Shown here one piece after another: positions 28,228 through 37,696 of a stretch of DNA of 64,000 bases. This DNA comes from Planctomycetota bacterium (lineage in GTDB: Bacteria > Planctomycetota > MHYJ01 > WSZJ01): the NCBI GenBank assembly GCA_009773755.1, contig WSZJ01000037.1, positions 11,903-75,902 of the forward strand. The letters run 5' to 3'. A program made the position numbers and the translations under genes. Position 1 is the stretch's first letter, and the number at the start of each line of letters is the position of its first letter. Under the pieces are notes generated by a model. It searched no databases and had not been told where the DNA came from. It worked only from the letters and a program-made list of their open reading frames with translations.

Positions 28228-29282
28228 TTGGCCTCCTCCAGGACCTGCTCGAGTTCGGGAAGCGTCGCGAGCGATTTGAAAGCGCGGAATTCGCCGTTCT
28301 CCGCCACTTCGCCCCATGCGAACGCTTCACCGTCCCGACGCAACTCCATGATCTTTATCGGTTTGCCGCCCGGCCGGGCTTTATCGAACAGCTCGATGCG
28401 GAAACGCCAACGGACGGTGTCTAGCAGGGCCTCGCGGGTGATGGAAGCGCCTCCCGGGCGAGGAAGGACCGCGACTTTGAGCTGGTCTCCGAGCTTTGGG
28501 AACTGGCTCGCGCGGGCCCTCATCAGCTCGCGTTCGCGTCTTACTTCGGCCATTTTGTTCTGGCCGACCAATGCCTGAATCGCTGCCTCGCGGGCGCGCC
28601 AGTGAATCAGGTCGAATTCGAGTGCGTTTGTCAGTGCCCTTTCAGCGGATTCGTACAGCCCGCGGCCGAGCCACACGACTCCGACCCCATACCAGGCTTC
28701 GGAGCAGCCGGGATCCTCCGCCAGGGCCGCGCCCCATTGGTCCAACGCCAGGTCGATTTCCCTCTGGTAATAGGCGGCGAATGCGAAACGGTGCCTTGTT
28801 TCCGCGTCGCGTCCGTCTTCTGCGACGAGCTCTTCGAACTTCCGCCGAGCCTCGGCCCACTTGCCGTCGTCAGCGTCCATGGTTGCCAGCGCACGGCGCG
28901 TAGGCCGGTGCTTCGGGTGTTCCGCGAGGACTGCTTCAAACGCCTGGCGAGTCGGCGTGGATCGCGCCCGGAGGTACGCCAGGTCGGCCGGTGGCAGCCC
29001 GAAGCACTCCACGACGCTCTTCGATCCGTCGGGCGGAAGCTGTGCTTCCAGATTCTGCAGGTCGATCGCATCTTCGAACCCGATACCGAATCTGGAACCG
29101 AACTTCATCACCTCTTTCATGCTCTTCAGCGCCTTTCGAATCGTCTCCAGATTCCCCCTGACCATGTCTTTTCGCCAGGCCAGATGCCTGGGAACGGGTT
29201 TCGGTGAGGGATCCTGTCCGCTGGCGAGGCACGCGAAGGCCAGTCCCAGGACGAGTCCCGCTTTGGAGATTCCGCTCTTCAT
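28224..29282 (-). CDS. Secreted TPR protein (paralog A)
   Basis: Signal peptide and TPR repeats; strong similarity to neighbouring gene. Confidence 0.75.
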   Translation of the reverse strand: MKSGISKAGLVLGLAFACLASGQDPSPKPVPRHLAWRKDMVRGNLETIRKALKSMKEVMKFGSRFGIGFEDAIDLQNLEAQLPPDGSKSVVECFGLPPADLAYLRARSTPTRQAFEAVLAEHPKHRPTRRALATMDADDGKWAEARRKFEELVAEDGRDAETRHRFAFAAYYQREIDLALDQWGAALAEDPGCSEAWYGVGVVWLGRGLYESAERALTNALEFDLIHWRAREAAIQALVGQNKMAEVRRERELMRARASQFPKLGDQLKVAVLPRPGGASITREALLDTVRWRFRIELFDKARPGGKPIKIMELRRDGEAFAWGEVAENGEFRAFKSLATLPELEQVLEEAK

Positions 29283-29346
29283 CCTGGCAGGTTACCCCGC
29301 GGCCGTGTCCCACGGGGAGGGCAATCCTGCCGGTACCGGCCGCCGG

Positions 29347-30390
29347 TCACCTGGCTCTCGCCACAACCTGCTCCAGATCCGGAAGCGCGGCAAGACTCTT
29401 CGCCGCCCGGAATTCGCCGTTCTCCGAAACATCGCCCCAGGCAAATGCTTCCCCGTCCCGGCGCAATTCCTCGACCCTGGCGAATCCGCGCCCTGGCCCG
29501 GTCTTATCGATTACCTCGATGCGGAAGATCCAGGGGACGGCGTCCAGCAGGGCTTCCCGGACTTTCGCGGCGCCGCCCGCTCGCGGCAGGACGGCGACGA
29601 GGATTTGGTCGCCGATCCGCGGGAGTTTCGGCGCCAACTCACGCAATTTGTCGCGAAGGATTTTTGCGTCCGCGAATCTCCCCTGCCCGACCAGCGCCTG
29701 GATCAGCGATTCGCGCGCGCCCCAGTGAAGCGGGTCGAATGCCACGGCGTTGATCAGCGCCTTTTCTGCCGACTCGAACTGTCCGCGGTTGAGCCAGAAA
29801 GCGCCGCAGCCGTACCACGAGGCCGCGTGTTTCGGGTTCTCCTCCAGCGCGCGAGCCCACTGATCCAGCGCGGCGTCCAGCTCATTAGCTCCGCAGAGCG
29901 CGAAGGCGTACCGGTGCCGGGTGTCGGCGTTCGCCGCGTCTTCCGCGAGCAGGTCTTCGAACGCCGCGCGGGCTGCCGGCCAATTCCCGCCCTCCGCATC
30001 CATCGTCGCGATTGCGCGCCTCGCCGCGTGATGTTTCGCATCGAGGGCGAGCACCTTCTCGAAGGCCGCCCGGGTCGGCACGCCGCGAGCCTTGATGTAC
30101 TCCTCGTCCGCTTCCCGCTCGAGCATCATCCGGACCAGGGTCACTCCGGACGTCTCGCCGATCTGAAGGTAAAGGTCCTGGATGTCCACGACGGCCGCGA
30201 GCGTCGGCGGCTGTCCCGTGATGCGGAGCCGGTTCGCCTCTGCTGCGAGGTTCCTTGAGGCGCCTTTCACGTCTCCGCGCGCGATCGCCTCACGGATTTT
30301 CCCCCGTGGATCCGCGTCAACCGGAGACCCGCAAATAAAAAGGGCGAGGCCCGTGACGAGCCCCGCCCTGGCGATTCCGTTCTTCATCAT
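29347..30390 (-). CDS. Secreted TPR protein (paralog B)
   Basis: Shares ELRRDGEAFAWG.V.ENGEFRA.KSLA.LP.LEQV C-terminus with paralog A. Confidence 0.75.
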   Translation of the reverse strand: MMKNGIARAGLVTGLALFICGSPVDADPRGKIREAIARGDVKGASRNLAAEANRLRITGQPPTLAAVVDIQDLYLQIGETSGVTLVRMMLEREADEEYIKARGVPTRAAFEKVLALDAKHHAARRAIATMDAEGGNWPAARAAFEDLLAEDAANADTRHRYAFALCGANELDAALDQWARALEENPKHAASWYGCGAFWLNRGQFESAEKALINAVAFDPLHWGARESLIQALVGQGRFADAKILRDKLRELAPKLPRIGDQILVAVLPRAGGAAKVREALLDAVPWIFRIEVIDKTGPGRGFARVEELRRDGEAFAWGDVSENGEFRAAKSLAALPDLEQVVARAR

Positions 30391-30492
30391 TTCACATTAC
30401 CGCACCGACGTCGTCCCGGGACGTCATTCCTGCTCACTGCTCCCTGTTCACTTCTCACTACTCACGACTCATTACTCCCTGCTGTCCCACGC

Positions 30493-31500
30493 TCAGAGCA
30501 TCTCAGCAATCTGTACCGCATTCAGCGCCGCGCCCTTCCGGATATTGTCCGACACGATCCACAGGTGCAGCCCGTTGTCCACCGTCGGATCCCTCCGGAT
30601 CCGCCCGACATAGCACTCGTCGTGCCCCGCCACATCCGTCGCGAGCGGATACGCCATCCTCGACGGATCGTCCACGACCCTCACCCCCGAAGAGGAACCC
30701 AGGATCTCCCGTGCCCTTTCCGGCGTCAGCGGCTTCGCCGTCTCGATGTTCACGCTCTCACTGTGCCCGCGCAGCACCGGCACACGCACGCACGTCGGCG
30801 CCACCGCGATCGTGTCGTCCTCCATGATCTTCTTCGTCTCGTGGATCATCTTCGTCTCTTCGTCCGTGTACCCGTCCTTCCCGAACGTCTCCTTCTTCTG
30901 CCCGATCTGCGGGATGCAGTTGAACGCGATCTGGTGCGGGAAAATCGCCCGCTTGTACTCCTTCCCCGCCAGCACCGCCCTCGTCTCCTCGATGCACTCT
31001 TCCACCGCCTTAGCCCCCGCGCCGCTAACGCTCTGGAACGTCGTCACCACCACGCGGCGGATGCGGGCCTTGTCGTGAAGCGGCTTCAGCACGACGACCA
31101 TCCCGATCGTCGAGCAGTTCGGGTTCGCGATTACGCCCTCGTGCCGCGCGATCGCCTTCGGGTTGACCTCAGGCACCACCAGCGGCACGCGCGGGTCCAT
31201 CCTCCACGCGCTCGTGTTGTCCACGACGATGCACCCGGCCTTCGCCGCGATCCACGCGAATTCCTTCGAGACGCCGCTGCCCGCGCTGAAGAGCCCGATC
31301 TCCTGACCCTTGAACGACTCCGCCTTCAGCTCTTCCACCCTGAGCGTCTCCCCCCGGAACTTCATCGTCTTCCCCTTCGACTTCGCGCTCGCGCAAAGCT
31401 TCAGGTTTTTCACCGGAAACTCGCGCTGCTCGAGGACTTTGAGGAATTCCTGGCCGACCGCACCGGTCGCGCCGACGATGACGACGTTACGGGGAGGCAT
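30493..31500 (-). CDS. asd: Aspartate-semialdehyde dehydrogenase
   Basis: VGATGAVG, ANPNCST, QSVSGAG, CVRVPVLRGHS, DNIRKGAALNAVQIAE. Confidence 0.97.
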   Translation of the reverse strand: MPPRNVVIVGATGAVGQEFLKVLEQREFPVKNLKLCASAKSKGKTMKFRGETLRVEELKAESFKGQEIGLFSAGSGVSKEFAWIAAKAGCIVVDNTSAWRMDPRVPLVVPEVNPKAIARHEGVIANPNCSTIGMVVVLKPLHDKARIRRVVVTTFQSVSGAGAKAVEECIEETRAVLAGKEYKRAIFPHQIAFNCIPQIGQKKETFGKDGYTDEETKMIHETKKIMEDDTIAVAPTCVRVPVLRGHSESVNIETAKPLTPERAREILGSSSGVRVVDDPSRMAYPLATDVAGHDECYVGRIRRDPTVDNGLHLWIVSDNIRKGAALNAVQIAEML

Positions 31501-31743
31501 GGGGCCGGATCCTTTCGTGGAATGAAGTTGCGAGGGCGGAGGTCTGCCCGGGGGCGCGAGACTATACGCTGCCGGGAGATCCGGAAACGGCAAACTGCAA
31601 AGGGCAAGAGGCAAGGAAACGGCAACAATCAAAAGGCGACATCGTTCGCGCGGTGCCCTGAACGACCGGTTGGGCTTGTGAGTTTTGAAACTTCGGACGC
31701 TACACTGTCGGCCCTCGGGGACTTCCCTTCTCAGGACACCAGC

Positions 31744-33090
31744 TTGCTCGACTGCATCGTGATCGGCGCCGGCCCGGCCGGCTCGGCCTCCTCAACCGTT
31801 CTTGCGCAGGCCCGGCGCTCCGTCCTCTGCCTCGAGGCCGAGGAATTCCCCCGATTCCATATCGGGGAGTCCATGCTTCCGGCGGCGGTGAGGATCTGGA
31901 AGCGGCTCGGGCTGTGGGAGAAGCTGCAGCCGCTGGGATTTCCGTACAAGGGCGGCGCGGACTTCGTCACGGCGGACAACAAGGACATCGCGCACTTCTG
32001 GTTCGGCGACTGGCTGGAGGAGGACCTGAAGGACGCGATCCAGGTCGACCGCGCGAAGTTCGACAAGGCGGCGGTTGACCACGCCCGGTCGTGCGGGGCC
32101 GACGTGCGCTATGGCTGCCGAGTCACGGATGTGAAACTGATGAATCCGGGAGTCGAGGTGACCTGGCGCGACCCGGCGGGGGCGAGTCACACCGGGTGTG
32201 CGCACGCGCTTCTCGATTGTTCCGGAATCAAGTCTTTCATGGGGAAGCGGCTCGGGCTGCGCCGCACGATCGACTCACTGACGAAGTTCGCGGTCTTCGC
32301 GCATTACGACGACGTGAAACTCCCCGAGGGGATCCGCGAAGGAATCATCACGGTCGTCTGCGCCGCCGACGCGTGGTACTGGGTGATCCCGCTGGAGATC
32401 CACGGCAGGCACAACCGGACGAGCGTCGGCTGCGTGATCGACCGCAAGGTACGCGACCACTGGCGCGGAGAGCCGGCCGACCTGCTCGACCACCTCATCG
32501 AGGCGTCCGTGCATCTGCGCGAGCGCATGACGCGAGCGAAGCGCGTCTCTCCCGTTCGCGTGGAGGCCGACTACTCGAACCGCTGCGACCCCTCCCACGG
32601 CGAAAGCTGGTCCCTCGTCGGCGATGCCGCCGCGTTCCTCGACCCGATCTTTTCCACCGGCTTCTGCCTGTCGCAGCGCCACGCGATCATCAGCGCAGAG
32701 GCGATCGACGGGGCGATCCGGAAGCGCGGTTGCGTTCGTGCCGCGGATTTCGCCGGTCCTTCGAGAGAGTTTTTCCAGTCCGTGGACACCTACACCCGCT
32801 TTGTCCGCGGCTTCTACGAACGTCCCGCCTGGCTCGACTGCTTCATGAGCCCCCCGGTCAATCAATTCAACGTCCGCCGCGCGGTCGTCCGCGTCCTCGC
32901 GGGGGACGTCCACCGCGTGTCGTTCTGGCTGGCGGTGTTCTTCCTGTTCGTGCGGCTGCAGCGGTGGTTCCCGCTCGTGCCTCGCGTGTCGAGGCCGCGG
33001 GTAACGGATGGGTTGGTGAGTGGGGGTGAAGGCGGAAGGGGTGTTTCAGGAAAAGCGAAGGCTGGCTTCGCCGACGCTGGAACGCGCTGA
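31744..33090 (+). CDS. FAD-dependent oxidoreductase, flavin-dependent halogenase family
   Basis: GAGPAG, FPRFHIGESMLP, GFPYKGG, WYWVIPL, GDAAAFLDPIFSTG; TTG start inferred. Confidence 0.85.
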   Translation: MLDCIVIGAGPAGSASSTVLAQARRSVLCLEAEEFPRFHIGESMLPAAVRIWKRLGLWEKLQPLGFPYKGGADFVTADNKDIAHFWFGDWLEEDLKDAIQVDRAKFDKAAVDHARSCGADVRYGCRVTDVKLMNPGVEVTWRDPAGASHTGCAHALLDCSGIKSFMGKRLGLRRTIDSLTKFAVFAHYDDVKLPEGIREGIITVVCAADAWYWVIPLEIHGRHNRTSVGCVIDRKVRDHWRGEPADLLDHLIEASVHLRERMTRAKRVSPVRVEADYSNRCDPSHGESWSLVGDAAAFLDPIFSTGFCLSQRHAIISAEAIDGAIRKRGCVRAADFAGPSREFFQSVDTYTRFVRGFYERPAWLDCFMSPPVNQFNVRRAVVRVLAGDVHRVSFWLAVFFLFVRLQRWFPLVPRVSRPRVTDGLVSGGEGGRGVSGKAKAGFADAGTR

Positions 33091-33286
33091 AACGACCGCT
33101 GAACGGCGCAGATCGGTGGTCGTTTTGCAGCGCTTTTCCTGCTTTTCAGCGCGTTTCCGTGTCCGCGAAGCGGAATGACTTACCTGGAGTTACCACGTGT
33201 TGCCGCAATCACTGATTGAAGCGTCGGAAATCGTCGCTGCGCAGCGTGAGGTGCGCTGGAATCGATCGTCCGGCGGGTGGCGGCAC

Positions 33287-36142
33287 CTACCAGTCCATCG
33301 TCCCCTTCCAGGCCCGTTCCGCCTCTTCAACAGGCACCACGCACACCGCCTTCGCGCTCTTCGTGAACCAGATGCCGCTTCGACCGGTGACTTCGCCGAC
33401 TCTTCGCGCGGGGAACTTCTCGAACAGCTTTGCGAACGCCGCCTCGCTGGTCTTTTCGACTTCGACGAGGAAGCGGGTGCAGGTCTCGCTGAACAGCAGC
33501 GCGTCGATGGTGAGCGGCACGGGCGTTGGCAGGGAATCGAGAGCGACTTCGCATCCGATGCCGCCAGCGAGCGCCATTTCAGCGGCGGCGACGGCGAGGC
33601 CGCCGTCGGAGAGGTCGTGGCACGACCGTACGAGACCTTGCGAAATGGCGGCGTGCATCGCTGCGAGGACATTCGGCGCTTCACGGATATCCGGCGTCGG
33701 GGACAGCATGCCGAGCCATCCGTGGAGTCTGTACCACTCGCCGCCGCCCATTTCCTCGCGGGTTTCGCCGACGATCCAGAGGGCGTTGCCGGCTTTCTTG
33801 AGGTCCATGGTCACGGCTCGGCGCACGTCGGGGACGATGGCGAGGGCGCTGATGAGAAGGCTCGGCGGTACGGCGATCGTCTCGCCGCCATGGGAGAATT
33901 CGTTGTTGAGGGAGTCCTTGCCGCTGATGAACGGCGTGCGGTACGCCATCGCGCCGTCGCGGCAGCCCTGCGCGGCACGGACCAGCGATCCCAACCGGTC
34001 GGGCTTGGCGCAGTTGCCCCACGAGAAATTGTCGAGGATCGCGCACTGCTTCGGATCGCCTCCGACGGCAACGACATTCCGCAGAGCCTCGTCGATTGCC
34101 GCCAGCGCCATGCCGTGCGGGTCGATGTCGCCGTAGCGAGGGCACATTCCGCAGCCGATCGCGGCGCCGCGGTTCGAGCCGAAGACCGGACGGATCACCG
34201 CGGCGTCCCCGGGGCCGGACTTCGGCCCCACGAAGGGCTTCACGACGAGCCGCCCCTGCACCTCGTGGTCGTACAACCTGACGATCCATTCCTTCGACGC
34301 CACGTTCCACGACCCGAGCAGCTTCAGGACTTCCTTCCCCCAGTCCAGCTCTTTCGGCCGCGACGGCTCCGACAGCCGAGGCATCTTCCACTCGGCCTTG
34401 CGCGTCCACTGGGGGACTCCTTTGTGGAGGAAGTGCATCTCGAGATTGGCGACTTCGGTTTCATTGAAGAGCAGCCTGAGCCGTCCGGTGTCGGTGAACT
34501 TGCCGATCGGCGTCGCTTCGACGTCCTCGCTCGCGAAAAGTCGCAGCATGTCGTCGAGTTTCTCCGGCGGGACCGCAAAGACCATGCGTTCCTGCGCTTC
34601 GCTGATCCAGATCTCGGTGTAAGTGAGGCCGTCGTACTTGAGCGGCACCTTCTCCAGGTGAACTTCCGCGCCGCACCTTTCCCCCATCTCGCCGACCGCG
34701 CTCGACAGCCCGCCGGCGCCGCAGTCCGTGACGCCCCGGTACATCCCTCTGTCGCGCGCCTGCAGCATCACGTCGAGCAGCCGCTTCTCCGTGATCGCGT
34801 TACCGATCTGGACAGCGCCGCCGCTCAGCGACTCGCTTTCGTGGGTCAGTTCGGCGCTCGAGAACGTCGCGCCGTGGATCCCGTCGCGTCCGGTGCGCCC
34901 GCCCGCGACGACGACGATGTCGCCGGGAAGCGATTCCTTTTCGACCATCGTGCGCGGGAGGAGGCCGACGTTGCCGGCGTAGACGAGCGGATTGCCGAGG
35001 TAGCGGTCGTCGAAGAGGACCGCGCCGTTGACCGTCGGGATTCCCATGCGGTTGCCGTAGTCCTTCACGCCCTGCACGACGCCCTTCAGGACTTTCTTCG
35101 GGTGCAGGACGCCCGGCGGAATCGACTCCGGGTTCGTGTCCGGCGGCGCGACGCAGAAGACGTCCGTGCTTGCGATCGGCTTCGCGCCGAGTCCGACCCC
35201 CATCGTGTCGCGCAGCACGCCGCCGATGCCGGTGCCGGCGCCGCCGTACGGTTCCAGCGCGCTCGGGTGGTTGTGCGTCTCGACCTTGAAGGTCAGCGCC
35301 CACTCGTCGTCGAACGCGATGACCCCCGCGTTGTCCTTGAAGACGCTGAGGCACCATGGCGCGTTGATGAACTCCGTCGCTTTGACGATGGTGCTCTTGA
35401 GCAGGTTGTCGATCTTCTCACTTCCGAATTCGATCACGCCCGTCAAGGTCTTGTGCTTGCAGTGCTCGCTCCAGGTCTGCGCGATCGTCTCCAGCTCGGC
35501 GTCGGTCGGGTCGCGTTTCTCGGACCGGAAGTGGTCGCGGATTGCCTGCATCTCGCGAAGCGTCAGCGACAACTGGCCGTCCTTGCTGATCTTCTCGAGG
35601 GCGGCGTCGTCGGCGTCGAGAAGTGGCACGACGATTTTCCTGAAGGGCGGGACGCGCGAGGCCGGGATTTCCTGAATCGTCCGGTCCTCGAACGCGATTT
35701 CGTCGACGACGGCGTTCGCGAGCGCTTTGCCCGCCCATTGTTCCAGGCCGGGCGAAGCGTCGCCGGCGTAGAGGACCTTGCGTCCGGTGCGGACGGATTT
35801 TGGGTGGAGGCCGAGGTCGCGAAGCGCTTTGAGGGAAGACTCCTCGACGGGGTCCATGACGCCGGGTTTGCGCGTAATGGTGATGGCGTTCCAGGCGCCC
35901 TCGAGTTTTTTGGAGACGGGTTCGCCGATGGTCCAGAAGTCGGTGACGGGATCTGCGAAGAGGTCGCGGGCCACGCGCTCGGCGGAAGCGCGGTCGAATT
36001 CAGCCTGGATAAAGAAGACCCGAACAACACGAACATCCGTAAGTGATGAAAACCCGGCCTCTCGCGCATCGGCGAGGATCGACTTCCCCGCTGGATCGGC
36101 AAGCCCAGGCTTGATCGCCGTCTCAATCTGCCAGATATTCAT
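33287..36142 (-). CDS. purL: Phosphoribosylformylglycinamidine synthase PurL with N-terminal PurS-like domains
   Basis: QTWSEHCKH, FKVETHNHPS, GRDGIHGA, DCGAGG, SGKDSLNN, HDLSDGGL; N-terminal KPGLADP/KPGVMDP. Confidence 0.96.
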   Translation of the reverse strand: MNIWQIETAIKPGLADPAGKSILADAREAGFSSLTDVRVVRVFFIQAEFDRASAERVARDLFADPVTDFWTIGEPVSKKLEGAWNAITITRKPGVMDPVEESSLKALRDLGLHPKSVRTGRKVLYAGDASPGLEQWAGKALANAVVDEIAFEDRTIQEIPASRVPPFRKIVVPLLDADDAALEKISKDGQLSLTLREMQAIRDHFRSEKRDPTDAELETIAQTWSEHCKHKTLTGVIEFGSEKIDNLLKSTIVKATEFINAPWCLSVFKDNAGVIAFDDEWALTFKVETHNHPSALEPYGGAGTGIGGVLRDTMGVGLGAKPIASTDVFCVAPPDTNPESIPPGVLHPKKVLKGVVQGVKDYGNRMGIPTVNGAVLFDDRYLGNPLVYAGNVGLLPRTMVEKESLPGDIVVVAGGRTGRDGIHGATFSSAELTHESESLSGGAVQIGNAITEKRLLDVMLQARDRGMYRGVTDCGAGGLSSAVGEMGERCGAEVHLEKVPLKYDGLTYTEIWISEAQERMVFAVPPEKLDDMLRLFASEDVEATPIGKFTDTGRLRLLFNETEVANLEMHFLHKGVPQWTRKAEWKMPRLSEPSRPKELDWGKEVLKLLGSWNVASKEWIVRLYDHEVQGRLVVKPFVGPKSGPGDAAVIRPVFGSNRGAAIGCGMCPRYGDIDPHGMALAAIDEALRNVVAVGGDPKQCAILDNFSWGNCAKPDRLGSLVRAAQGCRDGAMAYRTPFISGKDSLNNEFSHGGETIAVPPSLLISALAIVPDVRRAVTMDLKKAGNALWIVGETREEMGGGEWYRLHGWLGMLSPTPDIREAPNVLAAMHAAISQGLVRSCHDLSDGGLAVAAAEMALAGGIGCEVALDSLPTPVPLTIDALLFSETCTRFLVEVEKTSEAAFAKLFEKFPARRVGEVTGRSGIWFTKSAKAVCVVPVEEAERAWKGTMDW

Positions 36143-36324
36143 GGTGAGACCTTCTCTAAATCGTTATGTATTAACGTCTTACGACTGCGCACTTTCAACC
36201 GCCCGCTGCCCCCGCCATCGTATCCCCTCCTCCCTACCCTACCACCTTTTTCTTTCTCTTGACCCCCCCGTACCCCGCCGCGATACCATCAACCTCTTCG
36301 CCCCCACCAAGAGGGACACCCCGG

Positions 36325-36501
36325 TTGGACGCCACGAGAGAGTTCGACAAAACTCTCAAGCAGATCGAAAAACGGATCGAGGAGCTCGAAGCCCTTTCGC
36401 GCTCCTGCCAGCTCGACGTCGCTTCAACGATCCAGGCCCTGCGCGTTCAGGTCGATGCCGTCCGCAAATCAGCGCACTCCCGACCCGGCATAGGAGATTG
36501 A
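36325..36501 (+). CDS. 58-aa mini-protein resembling the AccA N-terminal helical hairpin
   Basis: GAGGGA RBS and TTG start; EFDKTLKQIEKRIEELEALS aligns with AccA EFEQPIKDVEKKIEELKKFS; stop is 1 nt before the accA start. Confidence 0.6.
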   Translation: MDATREFDKTLKQIEKRIEELEALSRSCQLDVASTIQALRVQVDAVRKSAHSRPGIGD

Positions 36502-36502
36502 C

Positions 36503-37600
36503 GTGGAAGATTTCCTCGAATTCGAGCAGCCGATCAAGGACGTCGAGAAGAAGATAGAGGAGCTGAAGAAATTCTCGGAGCAGATGGACGTCGATCTCTC
36601 GGGGTCGATTGAGGAGCTCCGGAAGCAGCTCGATCTGCTGAAGCGGGAGATCTACAACAAGCTGACGCCGTGGCAGCGCGTGCAGCTTGCGCGCAATCCG
36701 GGGCGGCCGGACACGATGGACATCATCGCGACCTTCGTGGAGAAGTTCCAGGAGCTCCACGGCGACCGGTTTTTCGGCGACGACCCGGCGATCGTCTGCG
36801 GCACCGGGATCATCGGCGGCCACAAGGTGATGTTCATCGGGCAGCGCAAAGGCAAGAACACGAAGGAGCGGCTGCGCTGCAATTTCGGCTCGCCGCACCC
36901 CGAGGGGTATCGCAAGGCGCTTCGCAAGATGAAGCTCGCCGAAAAATTCCACCTCCCGGTCGTCTGCCTCATCAACACTCCGGGCGCCTACCCCGGCATC
37001 GGCGCCGAGGAGCGCGGCCAGGCTCACGCGATTGCCGAGAACATCTTCGAGATGAGCCGCCTGCGCACCCCGATTCTCTGCCTCGTGATCGGCGAGGGCG
37101 GAAGCGGCGGAGCGCTCGGCATCGGCGTCGGCGACCGGCTGGCGATCATGGAAAACGCATACTTCAGCGTCATCTCGCCCGAAGGATGCGCGGCGATTCT
37201 CTGGAAGGACTCGGAGAAGGCGAATCGCGCGGCGGAGGTGCTGAAGCTCACGCCGAAAGATCTGAAGGGCCTCGGCATCTTCGACGACATCGTCCCCGAA
37301 CCGCTAGGGGGCGCGCACACCAACCCGGCGGCCGCGATGGAAACGATCAAGGCGTATCTCACCAAGACACTGACCGAGCTGAAGGCGATCCCGATCGACA
37401 AGCTCGTCGAAACGCGCTACCAGAAGTACCGCCACATCGGGATCTTCCTTGAGGACCAGCAGGCGAAAGTCGTGATGCTTCCCGGAAAGGGCGTCGTCGA
37501 GTCGGCGCTTCCGACGCCCGGCGAGATCGCGGCGGCGGAAATGGGCGAAGCACAGGCGGTCGAGGAAGAGGAAGACGTGAAGCCGGGGAAGGAAGATTAA
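36503..37600 (+). CDS. accA: Acetyl-CoA carboxylase carboxyltransferase alpha subunit
   Basis: LTPWQRVQLAR, ELHGDR, PEGYRKALR, GAEERGQ, GEGGSGGAL, VISPEGCAAILW. Confidence 0.97.
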   Translation: MEDFLEFEQPIKDVEKKIEELKKFSEQMDVDLSGSIEELRKQLDLLKREIYNKLTPWQRVQLARNPGRPDTMDIIATFVEKFQELHGDRFFGDDPAIVCGTGIIGGHKVMFIGQRKGKNTKERLRCNFGSPHPEGYRKALRKMKLAEKFHLPVVCLINTPGAYPGIGAEERGQAHAIAENIFEMSRLRTPILCLVIGEGGSGGALGIGVGDRLAIMENAYFSVISPEGCAAILWKDSEKANRAAEVLKLTPKDLKGLGIFDDIVPEPLGGAHTNPAAAMETIKAYLTKTLTELKAIPIDKLVETRYQKYRHIGIFLEDQQAKVVMLPGKGVVESALPTPGEIAAAEMGEAQAVEEEEDVKPGKED

Positions 37601-37604
37601 CGGC

Positions 37605-37685
37605 AGTCGGGAGTCGGGAGTCGGGAGTTGCGACCGGGCGCCTTGATCTCCGAACTCCCGTCTCCTGTCTCCCGACTTCCGAGTC
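37605..37685. repeat. Inverted pair of 7-mer arrays (AGTCGGG)n / (CTCCCGA-like)n between convergent genes
   Basis: Three to four units each side. Confidence 0.7.
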
Positions 37686-37696
37686 CGTGACGACGG

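Noticed and set aside
30565-31743. N-terminal extension of the 841-aa halogenase ORF (and similarly 39769-41748)
   Set aside because: Antisense overlap of asd (or nrdJ); real starts lie downstream at about 31744 (and 41749)
33197-36046. Long antisense ORFs (e.g. 33197-36046, 1578-3506, 21524-23437, 14765-16375)
   Set aside because: Shadows of real genes caused by high-GC codon bias; no motifs
36143-36320. Riboswitch upstream of purL, or cobalamin riboswitch/NrdR box upstream of nrdJ
   Set aside because: No convincing consensus motif recognisable by eye; an Rfam scan would be needed
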